59,232 bases of DNA, taken from the IMG/VR virus record IMGVR_UViG_3300033153_001737, positions 1 to 59,232 of that record; one strand, given 5' to 3'. Positions 49,487 through 59,005 of this stretch are shown here, one piece after another. Numbering within the stretch: position 1 is the first letter of the stretch; each line of letters opens with the position of its first letter. The translations under genes were made by a program, and so were the position numbers. The DNA comes from a virus (lineage: Duplodnaviria > Caudoviricetes). A model generated the notes under the pieces. The model did not search any database, had not been told where the DNA came from, and saw only the letters and a program-made list of their open reading frames with translations.

Positions 49487-50661
49487 TGCAAATATTAGAA
49501 GTTTTAGAACGCGTTAATTCTACGCAGACAAATTTAGTCATAAAATATATTAGAAACGCATTTCAAGAATTACAGGAAAGTTATTACGAGAAAACCAAAA
49601 CCTCATATATAAACCTTATTAGTGGTGTTTCAGACTATAACCTTCCTGTTGACTATGTCGCATTAGTGCCAGGAGGTACTGACAATGGTATTCAAGTTAA
49701 TGATAATATTACTGATTCAGGCGATTATCGCTGGACTATTGTTGGTAGAAAGTTACGTGTCTATAAAATCAATGACGAGAACCAGCTTTCGACACCTGAC
49801 CAAAATTACGCCAACGGAATTGCAATCGCTCACACTTATATTGGCTACAGTTTTATTCGGAATCCAAGCGGCGATTCTAACTACTATACTGCTGGTGGAA
49901 TTACAAGTGGTGATGAAATTCTGATTCCCGACCCAGCGGCATTGCTAGACACGGTCGTGAGTGTTACTGACCAAACCCCATCTATTCGTACTGACTACGC
50001 TAAACTTGGACATCATTATCAGCGAACGGCTTATGACAAGATTGAGAGTGAATTGTTGATGACTACCGGCAACGTATACATGATTGCAGCAAGGTCATTA
50101 GTTGATTTTACTTCAGTAGGTGCGTCGGCTAATACTGTTGGTACTATCTTTTTGACTACCGACCCTAGCGGTTTAACACTCACCCAGAACGACGCAGTAG
50201 AAGAGTTAGGGACACCGATAACTAGCGGTCAATTGACTAAGGACGTGACGTACATGATTACGGCTCAGAGCGCGATTGACTTCACTCTTGACGGGGCGGC
50301 TGACAGTAACCTGAATACCGTATTCACATCGACGGGTAGCATCAATACGATGACCTCAGTTGACAACGTGATAGCCCTACCTACCTGGGAATCTATCAAT
50401 TTTCTCGACACTAGCCTCTATACGGACGTTTCTAACTTGACTTCACCCGATGAGTATAGCTATATTGAATGTGACGAGACAATAGCCGAGGCTATCATCG
50501 AAAATGTTAAAGGGCAATTAGCTGGTGAGGATGTAGCGATGGAAAAATATCGACATCTAAAATTTAGAAAAAGGGCAAGTGCGGGTATGACTATTCGAGG
50601 TGGGAGGAAAAGAAAAATTAATGTACCACCTAGAGTATATCGCCTGGACATGAATGACTGA
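49486..50661 (+). CDS. Putative adaptor/ring protein 2 with a tandem repeat insertion
   Basis: LISGVSDYNLPVDY adaptor-like motif; two ~55-aa YMI..DFT..GA repeats. Confidence 0.55.
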   Translation: MQILEVLERVNSTQTNLVIKYIRNAFQELQESYYEKTKTSYINLISGVSDYNLPVDYVALVPGGTDNGIQVNDNITDSGDYRWTIVGRKLRVYKINDENQLSTPDQNYANGIAIAHTYIGYSFIRNPSGDSNYYTAGGITSGDEILIPDPAALLDTVVSVTDQTPSIRTDYAKLGHHYQRTAYDKIESELLMTTGNVYMIAARSLVDFTSVGASANTVGTIFLTTDPSGLTLTQNDAVEELGTPITSGQLTKDVTYMITAQSAIDFTLDGAADSNLNTVFTSTGSINTMTSVDNVIALPTWESINFLDTSLYTDVSNLTSPDEYSYIECDETIAEAIIENVKGQLAGEDVAMEKYRHLKFRKRASAGMTIRGGRKRKINVPPRVYRLDMND

Positions 50662-50686
50662 TTAAATAAAAATAGCTAATAGCCAA

Positions 50687-50750
50687 ATGTGAATACTAGT
50701 ATCAAAAGTCTTGGGTGGCGGGATTCACATAACAACAAAGGAGACTACCA
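50687..50750 (+). promoter_or_regulatory. Candidate SD-sequestering RNA pseudoknot leader
   Basis: Stem ATGTGAAT/ATTCACAT; loop AGTCTT is complementary to GAGACT at the SD. Confidence 0.45.
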
Positions 50751-51659
50751 ATGGCTAATCTTGAACGCAAAGCGCGTGGTGCAGTAACTAACGAAGCTTT
50801 ATCTAACATCACCGCAGAGTATCATCCCAAACATATTGTAACGCTTAACGATGATATACCAACCGCTGTTCCAATTACATACCCGAATTTCTGGGTAAAC
50901 ATACAGTCGGACAAAGATACTTATTATCACTGGAGTCGAAGGACGCCAGAGGATAGATATTCTACTGTAGTTGATAAAATTACATTTGAAGATAATACCG
51001 TTAATGATTTCGTAAAGGGTACTAGCGCATATGCTTTATCTAGCATGGACGTTGACGGCTCATCTACACTCGAAGGTACATATTGCCTCCAGGGTACTGA
51101 CGGAGCGGCGATTAATAACGCACATCGTTTTGCATACGGGGTTCCAATAGAGTGGAAGGCTGGAACTGTTTATGTTATTCGATTCTATGCAAGCGGTCAA
51201 CTTCTAGATTCTGTTAACAGTTATATACTATTAAGTCACTATACTGAAAATGGTGTTGGTACTTTCGGCAACGCGATTACTGGCACATGGCGAGCAATTA
51301 GCGGAAAGTTAGGTCTTAGCGATTTGCCTCAGTTACAGACTAACGGTAAAACTTGGTATGAATTTGCATTCGAGCCAGATGCTACGCAGACTGGCTATCT
51401 TCATTTTGTATTCAACAACGGTGACGGTGTTTTGCAAAAATTATTCATCGACAACTTTGAAGTCTTGTCAATAGATTCTTCTGAATATGTTCCAGTTGAC
51501 CCACTCGATACATCTACAGCATTACACCTTTACGGGAATACTGAATATGAGCGAAGGGTTAGATGGGGAGTTGCTGACGACAGAAGCATTAACGCCTTGT
51601 ATTTGATTCTTCAGCGAAAAGTTGCAGCATCAACTACTGTCCGAATAGCGGAGGGATAA
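50751..51659 (+). CDS. Virion protein with a CBM-like jelly-roll domain
   Basis: TFEDN...GTVYVIRFY...WYEFAF...LFIDNFEV. Confidence 0.6.
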   Translation: MANLERKARGAVTNEALSNITAEYHPKHIVTLNDDIPTAVPITYPNFWVNIQSDKDTYYHWSRRTPEDRYSTVVDKITFEDNTVNDFVKGTSAYALSSMDVDGSSTLEGTYCLQGTDGAAINNAHRFAYGVPIEWKAGTVYVIRFYASGQLLDSVNSYILLSHYTENGVGTFGNAITGTWRAISGKLGLSDLPQLQTNGKTWYEFAFEPDATQTGYLHFVFNNGDGVLQKLFIDNFEVLSIDSSEYVPVDPLDTSTALHLYGNTEYERRVRWGVADDRSINALYLILQRKVAASTTVRIAEG

Positions 51660-51662
51660 GCC

Positions 51663-54632
51663 ATGAGTGATATGGGAAATCAATACGTAGCTCAGCGAGT
51701 ACAACTTGTAGAGGTCGCGGATATTACCGACCCTTCTGCTGAATTGAACGAATTAAGTTCTAGCGAAAAAGGCGGAATTGCAGTAGTTTACGATACAAGT
51801 GCTGGCAATGATGCTATGACTTTGTACGCATGGGATGACGCATCTTCTGAATCTGAAAATGTACCTTATTCCGTTGATGGTGCTGAAGGTATGTGGCTTG
51901 CAATAGCTGGTGAATATAACTATTTTGACCCAGCTTCACTTCCGATGGATATTGTAACAGACCCGCCAACTAATACTATAGCTACGACAGCTAAGGTTGA
52001 CACATATTCTGGTGTTATAGTCACACTGACAACTTCTGGAAATTCTCAGACAATGAGCAGCCCTACCGAGACTACTCCAGGTAGGCGATTTACCGTAGTT
52101 AATCACAGTACATCTACTGATACTATTGAAGTTGCTGGAATAGTAATAGAGCCGCTGTTTGCACAATGCTTTATGTGGGACGGGGCAGTTTGGATTCCAG
52201 TTACGTCTGTTGATGCTGAAGATATTACTTACAATCCTGCCGCAGAATGGTTGACATCGACTAATGTACAGGACGCTCTCGATGAATTGGCTGGTAAAGA
52301 ACCACTTGTCAGCCACGACGTAGGTGGAGCAGGCTCAGTCTCAGTAGTAGACGATGTAGAATCAGCATCCATAGCACTTGAACTATTCGGCTCACCCTTT
52401 AGAAATGATATTCTAAAAGGCAATGCTACCTTTGAAGGTGTAAGCGGTGATGTCTATTTGTATCGCATTAATACCGCTGGTACAATCACATATGAAATGT
52501 TCACCTCATCTACCACGGGTGCAAATACTCCAACGGCTAATACTGAATCAGTATTCGATATGACTAAGTTGGGTGTCTACAATACCGACCAAGTATTAGC
52601 AATGGCTTCTCTTGGTGTGGTTGTAACTACCTCAACCCGTATTGATGCCTTGTCAACAGGTGATGCTGGTACAGTTATGCCAACACTCCAACCTGATTAT
52701 GTTTATGGATTAGCTTCCTCAGAGGTTCATAGTGCTGTTAATCGTGGGAATAACTTCTTCTTTGGTGACTTGCTTTATGATGCAGGGTCTAATGGTGGTG
52801 GTGTTATTGTAAATTCACCGACAGATTTTAGATTTGATAATGACAGTGCATCAACTTATGTTTTACCAAGACTTGTATTAAAAGTCGCTAAAGGTGAACA
52901 ATACACAATCGGCTTGTCTGTAGAAGATTTTGAATCTAATGGTGGTGTCAATACAATCTATATGGACGGGCAATCAGCCGCTTGTTCTGACGGTGATAAA
53001 TCAATCACATTTACAGCCAGTGATAATGAGGTTGTATTTTATATAGACACCCCGACATCGAACACAAGTAGCGCACATATTTATGACATCCAACTAAACC
53101 AAGGCTCCACAGCCCTACCCTACAAGACCCCATTAGATTCAGGATTCCTTGCTGGGAGTTTGAGTGAGAATCAGTTAAGGAATGGTAATGGTGAGTTTGG
53201 GGTTGATGGGTGGGAAGATTCTGTTGCCAATACAGGCTTTGAGCATGATGGGACTGAGTTTATTATTACGCATGAAGCTAACGCTGCGGCATCTGAACAG
53301 ACCGCAGTGCTTAACTCATTCGAGGGAACTTTATATGCTAATCTAACTGCGATTCCTTCCGCAAAAGCGATTGAAATGCAAGTCTATGTTTATGAGCAAA
53401 ATGATAGTGATGTAGATTTGGTCGCTGATGGCTGGACATGGGATGGCGCGAATGATAGATATTACAAGGCGTATACTTCGGCCACTGAGTTTGTTGCATA
53501 TTTCAATGCTATTAAGTATATCAAGTTTTATTCAACATCAACAACAATTACAGACGAGGCTAAATTTAAAAAAGTTCAACTCTATAAAGGCTCATACACC
53601 CTCGCAGAAATGCAAGCCAAGCCTTATGTATCATTCTCACCCCTCCTACTCCTAAACTCAGGAAACGGCACTACTAATGTCTCAGACTCTTTAGAACAGG
53701 TTGGCCCTAATGTCATGCTTAATCGTAAGGTTGAGACTGTTGAAGGGTTTGTCTTGGGTGATGATGAGATTGATGATACAGCGTTAAATACTAACACTGT
53801 GACAAATTCAGGCAATACCTCTTTTGACTATGATAATTTCAGTGGTGCAAGTGCAACTGGTTTTACTGCTGATACTGTATCAGCCAATGGTGCTTATGTT
53901 AACTTGCAGTTAATAGCTAATTTTGTAGCATCAAAACATTATCGTATTTATTATAATTTAGTTATTAATGCTGGTACTGCACCGTATGTCAAAGAGGTTA
54001 CAGGTTCACCCGATTTAGGACAATTATCTGCCGGGACTGGATTGTATCTTGATTTTGTAACTACAGATGCGTTTAGTGAATTGTATCTTGCTCATAAGGC
54101 AGGTGAAACTGCTGACTTTATAATATCTAACATCTCGGTACAGGCTTACAATATCTGGCAAAACACATCCCAAGAACCTATCAACTTGACTGAGACAGGG
54201 GTAGCTATTACCTCACTTATCCAAGTTGCCCATGAAGGACCAAATTATATCGTTATGCTTGGTAATATGCTTGCCATATTCACATACGAAACAGGCTTTC
54301 AGGCAGTTGCTAATGATGTCAGGACTAACAAGCAAGAGATTCAGGCATTGCAACAAAAGTCATTCTTGCCACAGTTCCTGTCGTTAACACCAACATCTGA
54401 TTTGATTGATACTGATGGTGCAACCTATGAGTTTAAAGATAATCCGGTAATCAGAGACTTCTTTAAAAATATAGATGTGGTAGAATTTGCCAAGCATGGG
54501 AATGTTACTGACGTAATATTTTTCCCCAATTCAGTAGTTGTAATTACTAACTCAACAGGTGTAACTGGTGGACAAGAAGCATTTCACGGGACGCTAACAC
54601 CTGCTGAAGCGCCTTCGTACTGGGAGGTGTAA
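51663..54632 (+). CDS. Tail fibre/receptor-binding protein with repeated CBM-like domains
   Basis: 989 aa; AEDITY..TSTNVQDALDEL; IQLNQGSTALPY and VQLYKGS..PY repeats. Confidence 0.7.
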   Translation: MSDMGNQYVAQRVQLVEVADITDPSAELNELSSSEKGGIAVVYDTSAGNDAMTLYAWDDASSESENVPYSVDGAEGMWLAIAGEYNYFDPASLPMDIVTDPPTNTIATTAKVDTYSGVIVTLTTSGNSQTMSSPTETTPGRRFTVVNHSTSTDTIEVAGIVIEPLFAQCFMWDGAVWIPVTSVDAEDITYNPAAEWLTSTNVQDALDELAGKEPLVSHDVGGAGSVSVVDDVESASIALELFGSPFRNDILKGNATFEGVSGDVYLYRINTAGTITYEMFTSSTTGANTPTANTESVFDMTKLGVYNTDQVLAMASLGVVVTTSTRIDALSTGDAGTVMPTLQPDYVYGLASSEVHSAVNRGNNFFFGDLLYDAGSNGGGVIVNSPTDFRFDNDSASTYVLPRLVLKVAKGEQYTIGLSVEDFESNGGVNTIYMDGQSAACSDGDKSITFTASDNEVVFYIDTPTSNTSSAHIYDIQLNQGSTALPYKTPLDSGFLAGSLSENQLRNGNGEFGVDGWEDSVANTGFEHDGTEFIITHEANAAASEQTAVLNSFEGTLYANLTAIPSAKAIEMQVYVYEQNDSDVDLVADGWTWDGANDRYYKAYTSATEFVAYFNAIKYIKFYSTSTTITDEAKFKKVQLYKGSYTLAEMQAKPYVSFSPLLLLNSGNGTTNVSDSLEQVGPNVMLNRKVETVEGFVLGDDEIDDTALNTNTVTNSGNTSFDYDNFSGASATGFTADTVSANGAYVNLQLIANFVASKHYRIYYNLVINAGTAPYVKEVTGSPDLGQLSAGTGLYLDFVTTDAFSELYLAHKAGETADFIISNISVQAYNIWQNTSQEPINLTETGVAITSLIQVAHEGPNYIVMLGNMLAIFTYETGFQAVANDVRTNKQEIQALQQKSFLPQFLSLTPTSDLIDTDGATYEFKDNPVIRDFFKNIDVVEFAKHGNVTDVIFFPNSVVVITNSTGVTGGQEAFHGTLTPAEAPSYWEV

Positions 54633-54634
54633 TC

Positions 54635-55429
54635 ATGTCTAATTCATTCTCTCCTGATTTACAGAGTGATTCTATAACTGCTAAATCGTACACAATGTCA
54701 ACACAGGGTATTGGAACAGGTAAGTTTTACAGTGCTGGCTTTTATGATGCTCCTGTTGCCGATGCAAACCTTAACCAAGGGTCGCTAACACAGACCTATG
54801 GAGCTGCAACAGGCTCACCAGCAGCACATGCTTTCATTGTGGCTGGTGGCGCTGGCTCAGTCGATACTGGGGTAGTTGGGTTAAGGGTCACAGGGACACG
54901 AATACAAGATGATGGTACAAGGACAACAAGTTATTCTGAAGTTTTGAGTGCTGATATTACCACGCTCTCCCTGAATGAATATCTTGAAGGTGCTAAGTTC
55001 TTGGGAACTATGACTTTCGAGTTATACGTTGTCTCTGGCGCACCTACTGCTTACTCGCTTGATTTCAATTATGGTTTTTGTAAGTACGAGGATTTTGGGA
55101 ATCAGGATTTCACACTTAGAGGGCTTGAGTGTGTTTGGTATGCAGGGGCTAATGATTCATCTTTTGATATTGAATTATTTCATCATAGTAGTTCAGGGTG
55201 GACATATCATGCTTCGGCATTCGCAGTAGGCGGAACGCTAATTGCTAAATTGAGCACAATTCATTCAACTGAACATGAGTTAATAGCTAACAAGCTCGGT
55301 GCATTCAAGCGTACAAGTTTGAGCAATACTATTAATGGCAGTGCATCCGAAGGATTAGTTCTTCAAATAACTACAGGAACAAACAACTCAATCGAAACCC
55401 TTGATTCACATCTGGGTGTTATAATCTAA
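54635..55429 (+). CDS. Putative tail fibre/spike-associated protein
   Basis: G/S/T-rich, beta-rich, 264 aa. Confidence 0.55.
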   Translation: MSNSFSPDLQSDSITAKSYTMSTQGIGTGKFYSAGFYDAPVADANLNQGSLTQTYGAATGSPAAHAFIVAGGAGSVDTGVVGLRVTGTRIQDDGTRTTSYSEVLSADITTLSLNEYLEGAKFLGTMTFELYVVSGAPTAYSLDFNYGFCKYEDFGNQDFTLRGLECVWYAGANDSSFDIELFHHSSSGWTYHASAFAVGGTLIAKLSTIHSTEHELIANKLGAFKRTSLSNTINGSASEGLVLQITTGTNNSIETLDSHLGVII

Positions 55430-55902
55430 TGGCTAACTCCTTTTCATCAGTATTGGTTGGAGCGCACTTGGCGTCACCCTCTACAACAGTCATAACCTTA
55501 GCTGATACTTATCAATACTTGGTCGGCACATTCGCTAATAATCCATTAGAGGGATTTGCACTTGTTTCTGATGCTTTTGGGCCAGCTCTTGAATGTAGGG
55601 TTGATATACCTGCATGGTATGAAATTGACTACCACATCACCGCAGAGAGTGATAGGAATAGCACAAAAATGCACGGTGGTATTAGTCTTAGTATTGGTGG
55701 TGGAGCTTATGCTATTGAGGACCAGTCAATAGATGGCACTTTCTTAAAAGTATTTAATGAACCATTGCACTTTAGTGGTTCAGCACTTGTATTGTTGGGT
55801 TATGGTGACAGAGTTCAATTATCCATTACTACCGACGGAACAGGTGATTCTGTCATTACACGCCACTACAATACCACAATCATAAAAGCAAGACGGAGAT
55901 AA
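55429..55902 (+). CDS. Putative fibre tip protein (C1q/TNF-like beta sandwich possible)
   Basis: WYEIDY..SGSALVLLGYGDRVQL pattern. Confidence 0.45.
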   Translation: MANSFSSVLVGAHLASPSTTVITLADTYQYLVGTFANNPLEGFALVSDAFGPALECRVDIPAWYEIDYHITAESDRNSTKMHGGISLSIGGGAYAIEDQSIDGTFLKVFNEPLHFSGSALVLLGYGDRVQLSITTDGTGDSVITRHYNTTIIKARRR

Positions 55903-55903
55903 C

Positions 55904-56212
55904 ATGAAATTTAAAGTATTCAGCGGAAAAGTTAAAGATTGTCACTTGGTTACTAAGGGTATCAGTAAAAGGCAGTTTTGGGTTACAGAGGCGGGCTATC
56001 ATGTGGCTACAGTTAGACAAGATGGTTCATTAAAACTTGCTGATGGGTGTTCGATTGTAGCTGAAGTTGTACCACCTCCAGCTATTGAACCTGTTACTAT
56101 TGATAACCTAAAAGCTGAGATACAGACCTACATGGACTTGATGGGTATTGAATTTAATTCAGGTGACACTAAAGATGACCTAATTGCAAAGATTGAATTA
56201 GCCAATGTCTAA
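55904..56212 (+). CDS. Small protein with a C-terminal HeH/LEM-like motif
   Basis: LKAEIQTYMDLMGIEFNSGDTKDDLIAKI. Confidence 0.6.
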   Translation: MKFKVFSGKVKDCHLVTKGISKRQFWVTEAGYHVATVRQDGSLKLADGCSIVAEVVPPPAIEPVTIDNLKAEIQTYMDLMGIEFNSGDTKDDLIAKIELANV

Positions 56213-56531
56213 GTGTGAGAATAAAGTTCATAACCTATTAGGGCTTAAACTCAGGATGAACCTTGCCGAAGTACACCACCTATACATTGGTATAGCTTTA
56301 GTATCGCTATCGCTTCTGATGCCCACCTGGGGAGGACTGATTACAGCCTTTATAGGTGTCTGGTTAATAATTGACGACATTTGGCAACATGTCCAACAGT
56401 ATGAGAGATTCAACCCCTGCTACCATTCCCCAGTACACCGATTCATTTATGATTATTTAAAACTATACGATAGAAAATGGTTTAGAATATTAAACAAAGC
56501 CGCAGACTGGTTGTTTGGGCTGTTTAAATAA
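56205..56531 (+). CDS. Membrane protein
   Basis: Two hydrophobic helices (HHLYIGIALVSLSLL; GGLITAFIGVWLIIDD). Confidence 0.6.
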   Translation: MSKCENKVHNLLGLKLRMNLAEVHHLYIGIALVSLSLLMPTWGGLITAFIGVWLIIDDIWQHVQQYERFNPCYHSPVHRFIYDYLKLYDRKWFRILNKAADWLFGLFK

Positions 56532-56562
56532 TGGCAAAGAGCTGAACTAAAAGGAGCAAAAC

Positions 56563-57087
56563 ATGCCTAAAATGACAATGAGACAGTTGAAAAAATCGGA
56601 AGATGTAATTTTCACACTTACAGATGTAATAATTTGGGAGGTCGATTTTTCGATTAAGCTAAACATGGAATTGAAACATGCTAGGCAATTACTCGACGGA
56701 TTCAGAGAAAAGTATGTTGAAATTATCAAGTCTAACGGTGGCCAGGAAGTCAATACTCCACAGGGTAAACAGTGGGGAATTAAACCACCACAGCCAGCTT
56801 CCCTTAGCGAGAAGGCTACAAAAGAGGATGTCGAAAAGGCTGACAAGGAATACAATGAGAGTATTTCCGAATACGAAGCTAGAAACACTTCAATCGAAAA
56901 GGCATACATTGCGATGCTTGAGGAAGTAACAGACATTCAAAATAACAAGATTCCGATTAGCGAGTTCAAGTCTAACTTTACTGCATACTTAAATCGCGAA
57001 CTAAAAGGCAAGAAATTCAGCCTTTCGGGTACTGACATTGATGCCGCTGATTGGTTTATTAATTTCTCGACAAAAAAGAAGAAATAA
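56563..57087 (+). CDS. Hypothetical helical protein
   Basis: Strong SD AAAGGAG; 174 aa. Confidence 0.65.
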   Translation: MPKMTMRQLKKSEDVIFTLTDVIIWEVDFSIKLNMELKHARQLLDGFREKYVEIIKSNGGQEVNTPQGKQWGIKPPQPASLSEKATKEDVEKADKEYNESISEYEARNTSIEKAYIAMLEEVTDIQNNKIPISEFKSNFTAYLNRELKGKKFSLSGTDIDAADWFINFSTKKKK

Positions 57088-57099
57088 CAACAACAACTC

Positions 57100-57549
57100 A
57101 TGTTCGGCGAAGAAAAAATAGTAACGGCTAAAATGAGAAGGGAAGTCACGATGGCTTGGCTTAAGCAAAATGTAACTGTTGGTAATTGGATTATTATAAT
57201 CGTGTTGATTGCAGGTTGGATAGGTCAGGCATATGTAAGCGACTACAAAAGAGGTATCTTCGCTGACGAAATTAAGAAACTTGACGGCGTTGAGGTTGGA
57301 GAGATTGAGCTAAATTCCGACTATCGTAAACAAGGACATTCGTTTACGGAATCCGACGACATGAGTCTTGAGATTGCGTATTCTCATGCAATTAACAAGG
57401 ATGTTCACATGCCATTCGCCGAAAAGGTAAAAGTGTTCGTCCCAAGAACTGAGTTCGAGACTACAGTAAAGCATCTCGAAAAGGTGTCCGTTAAGCAGGA
57501 CAAGATTTATGACCTTCTTATCGACATGAGTAGCAGACTACCGAAGTAA
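57100..57549 (+). CDS. Single-TM protein in the lysis region
   Basis: WIIIIVLIAGWIG followed by a soluble part; the start may be ATG 57151. Confidence 0.55.
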   Translation: MFGEEKIVTAKMRREVTMAWLKQNVTVGNWIIIIVLIAGWIGQAYVSDYKRGIFADEIKKLDGVEVGEIELNSDYRKQGHSFTESDDMSLEIAYSHAINKDVHMPFAEKVKVFVPRTEFETTVKHLEKVSVKQDKIYDLLIDMSSRLPK

Positions 57550-57555
57550 AACTAT

Positions 57556-57621
57556 TGGCAGTGGGTTGTTTTGTCTCCGTCAAAAGAAAACAAACACACC
57601 AGCTCGCCCACTGCCATTTTT
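57556..57621 (+). terminator. Nested hairpin/attenuator before the lysis genes
   Basis: TGGCAGTGGG/CCCACTGCCA plus TTTTT; inner TTGTTTT/AAAACAA. Confidence 0.6.
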
Positions 57622-57635
57622 AAAAGGAGCTAGAG

Positions 57636-57812
57636 ATGAAGTTTGACATAACGATTAATTTTCATCATCTATTTTCAGTACTTTTATTGATTTCCGTTAC
57701 TTGGATTTCATTATATTTAAAGGCTGAGGAAGTTGCGTTAATAGGTATTCCAGCCGTAGTCGGTTTCTATGCCAATAAGCACTATCAAGACCGGAAAAAT
57801 GGAACAAATTAA
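57636..57812 (+). CDS. Putative holin, 58 aa (missed by the ORF track)
   Basis: MKFDITINFHHLFSVLLLISVTWISLYLKAEEVALIGIPAVVGFYANKHYQDRKNGTN; two TM segments, charged tail, SD AAAGGAG. Confidence 0.6.
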   Translation: MKFDITINFHHLFSVLLLISVTWISLYLKAEEVALIGIPAVVGFYANKHYQDRKNGTN

Positions 57813-58320
57813 ATCAATATTAATAGTCGGACTTGTATTGATAGCAGTCGCATTATATTACAAGCCTGCTGTCTATGAACCGCCTGTTTATGTCGAAATC
57901 CCTGCGTTGATTGACGATAGTACTAGGGCTGTAATTATTTCTAGCGCGAAGCGAGACTCAGTAGTAGTCAGATATATTGACAGGGTTCGCTGGACGACAA
58001 AAGACTCATTAAGAATACAGGACTCGATTCAAATAGTGAGGCTACCCTATGTCAGTATTCTTACAGATTCGGCTGAATATAGGCTTTCGAGACTTGATTC
58101 GACTCTAGGTGTAGGTTTTAGTCTGAAAATAGGGTTGGCAGATACCGTAATTCTTGAACCATTTGACACTTTTATTCACGACTTTTGGCTGGATAGTTTA
58201 GTGTGGAAGGTCGAGAAACAGCCAGAAGTTAAGCCGCTAAATTGGCTAGAGTGGGTGATGGCGTACCCTGACAAGGTTGCAATAACAGCATTGGTCGCAA
58301 TGATAATAGGTAAACTATGA
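57799..58320 (+). CDS. Putative spanin-like lysis protein
   Basis: N-terminal TM, DS-V/I beta-rich middle, hydrophobic C-terminus; between the holin and lysin candidates. Confidence 0.45.
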   Translation: MEQIKSILIVGLVLIAVALYYKPAVYEPPVYVEIPALIDDSTRAVIISSAKRDSVVVRYIDRVRWTTKDSLRIQDSIQIVRLPYVSILTDSAEYRLSRLDSTLGVGFSLKIGLADTVILEPFDTFIHDFWLDSLVWKVEKQPEVKPLNWLEWVMAYPDKVAITALVAMIIGKL

Positions 58321-58754
58321 GAATATTAGTAGACAGATTTTACGATAACGGTGATGCTACCATTGGCGTAATGATGATAGATACCAAGTTTGAGGCATTT
58401 ACACTAGAGGACGAGAGGCGGACGAAAAAGGTTAATGGTGAAACGCGAATACCTGCTGGATTATATTTTGTCGAATTTCAAAAAATTGTCACCCCTAAGA
58501 CTAATATGTACAGGAGAAAATACGAATGGTTTACGTTCCACCTCCAGATTAAAAATGTCGAAGGATTCACAAATGTTTATCTACATATTGGTAATTACGA
58601 TACCGATACTGATGGTTGCGTTTTACTTGGGTCTACTGCTGACTCTGACTCTGGTACGATAGGGCGAAGCACTAAGACATTCAAGCGTTTTTACAAAAAA
58701 GTTAGCACAGCTCTAGAGGCTGGAGAGCAGGTAAGTATGAGGATAATTAACTGA
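58317..58754 (+). CDS. DUF5675-family protein, putative endolysin
   Basis: ATIG..FTLED..GETRIPAGLY..FTNVYLHIGNYDTDTDGCVLLG..S...F. Confidence 0.8.
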   Translation: MRILVDRFYDNGDATIGVMMIDTKFEAFTLEDERRTKKVNGETRIPAGLYFVEFQKIVTPKTNMYRRKYEWFTFHLQIKNVEGFTNVYLHIGNYDTDTDGCVLLGSTADSDSGTIGRSTKTFKRFYKKVSTALEAGEQVSMRIIN

Positions 58755-59005
58755 TGCCTAAGCGACTGTTTAAATTTAAAGGTTTTTGGGGCGGTATAAA
58801 CGACGTGTTTAGCCCGCGTGACTTGTCGCCAACTCAGGCAGTTAAAGCTCAGGATGTTGATGTCTCACAGTTGGGTAAAGTCAGGATGATAGGCAGTGAA
58901 GAAGCTCATGAAATTGGCACTGTCGAATTGTACGACTGTATTCAAAATTACGGACTATACTTCTACTCTACTGATAGACTTGATGGCGCTAGCGCACTAG
59001 AAACT
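58754..59005 (+). CDS. N-terminal 84 aa of the tail nozzle ORF, which continues at position 1
   Basis: MPKRLFKFKGFWGGIND..PRDL; in frame with position 1. Confidence 0.75.
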
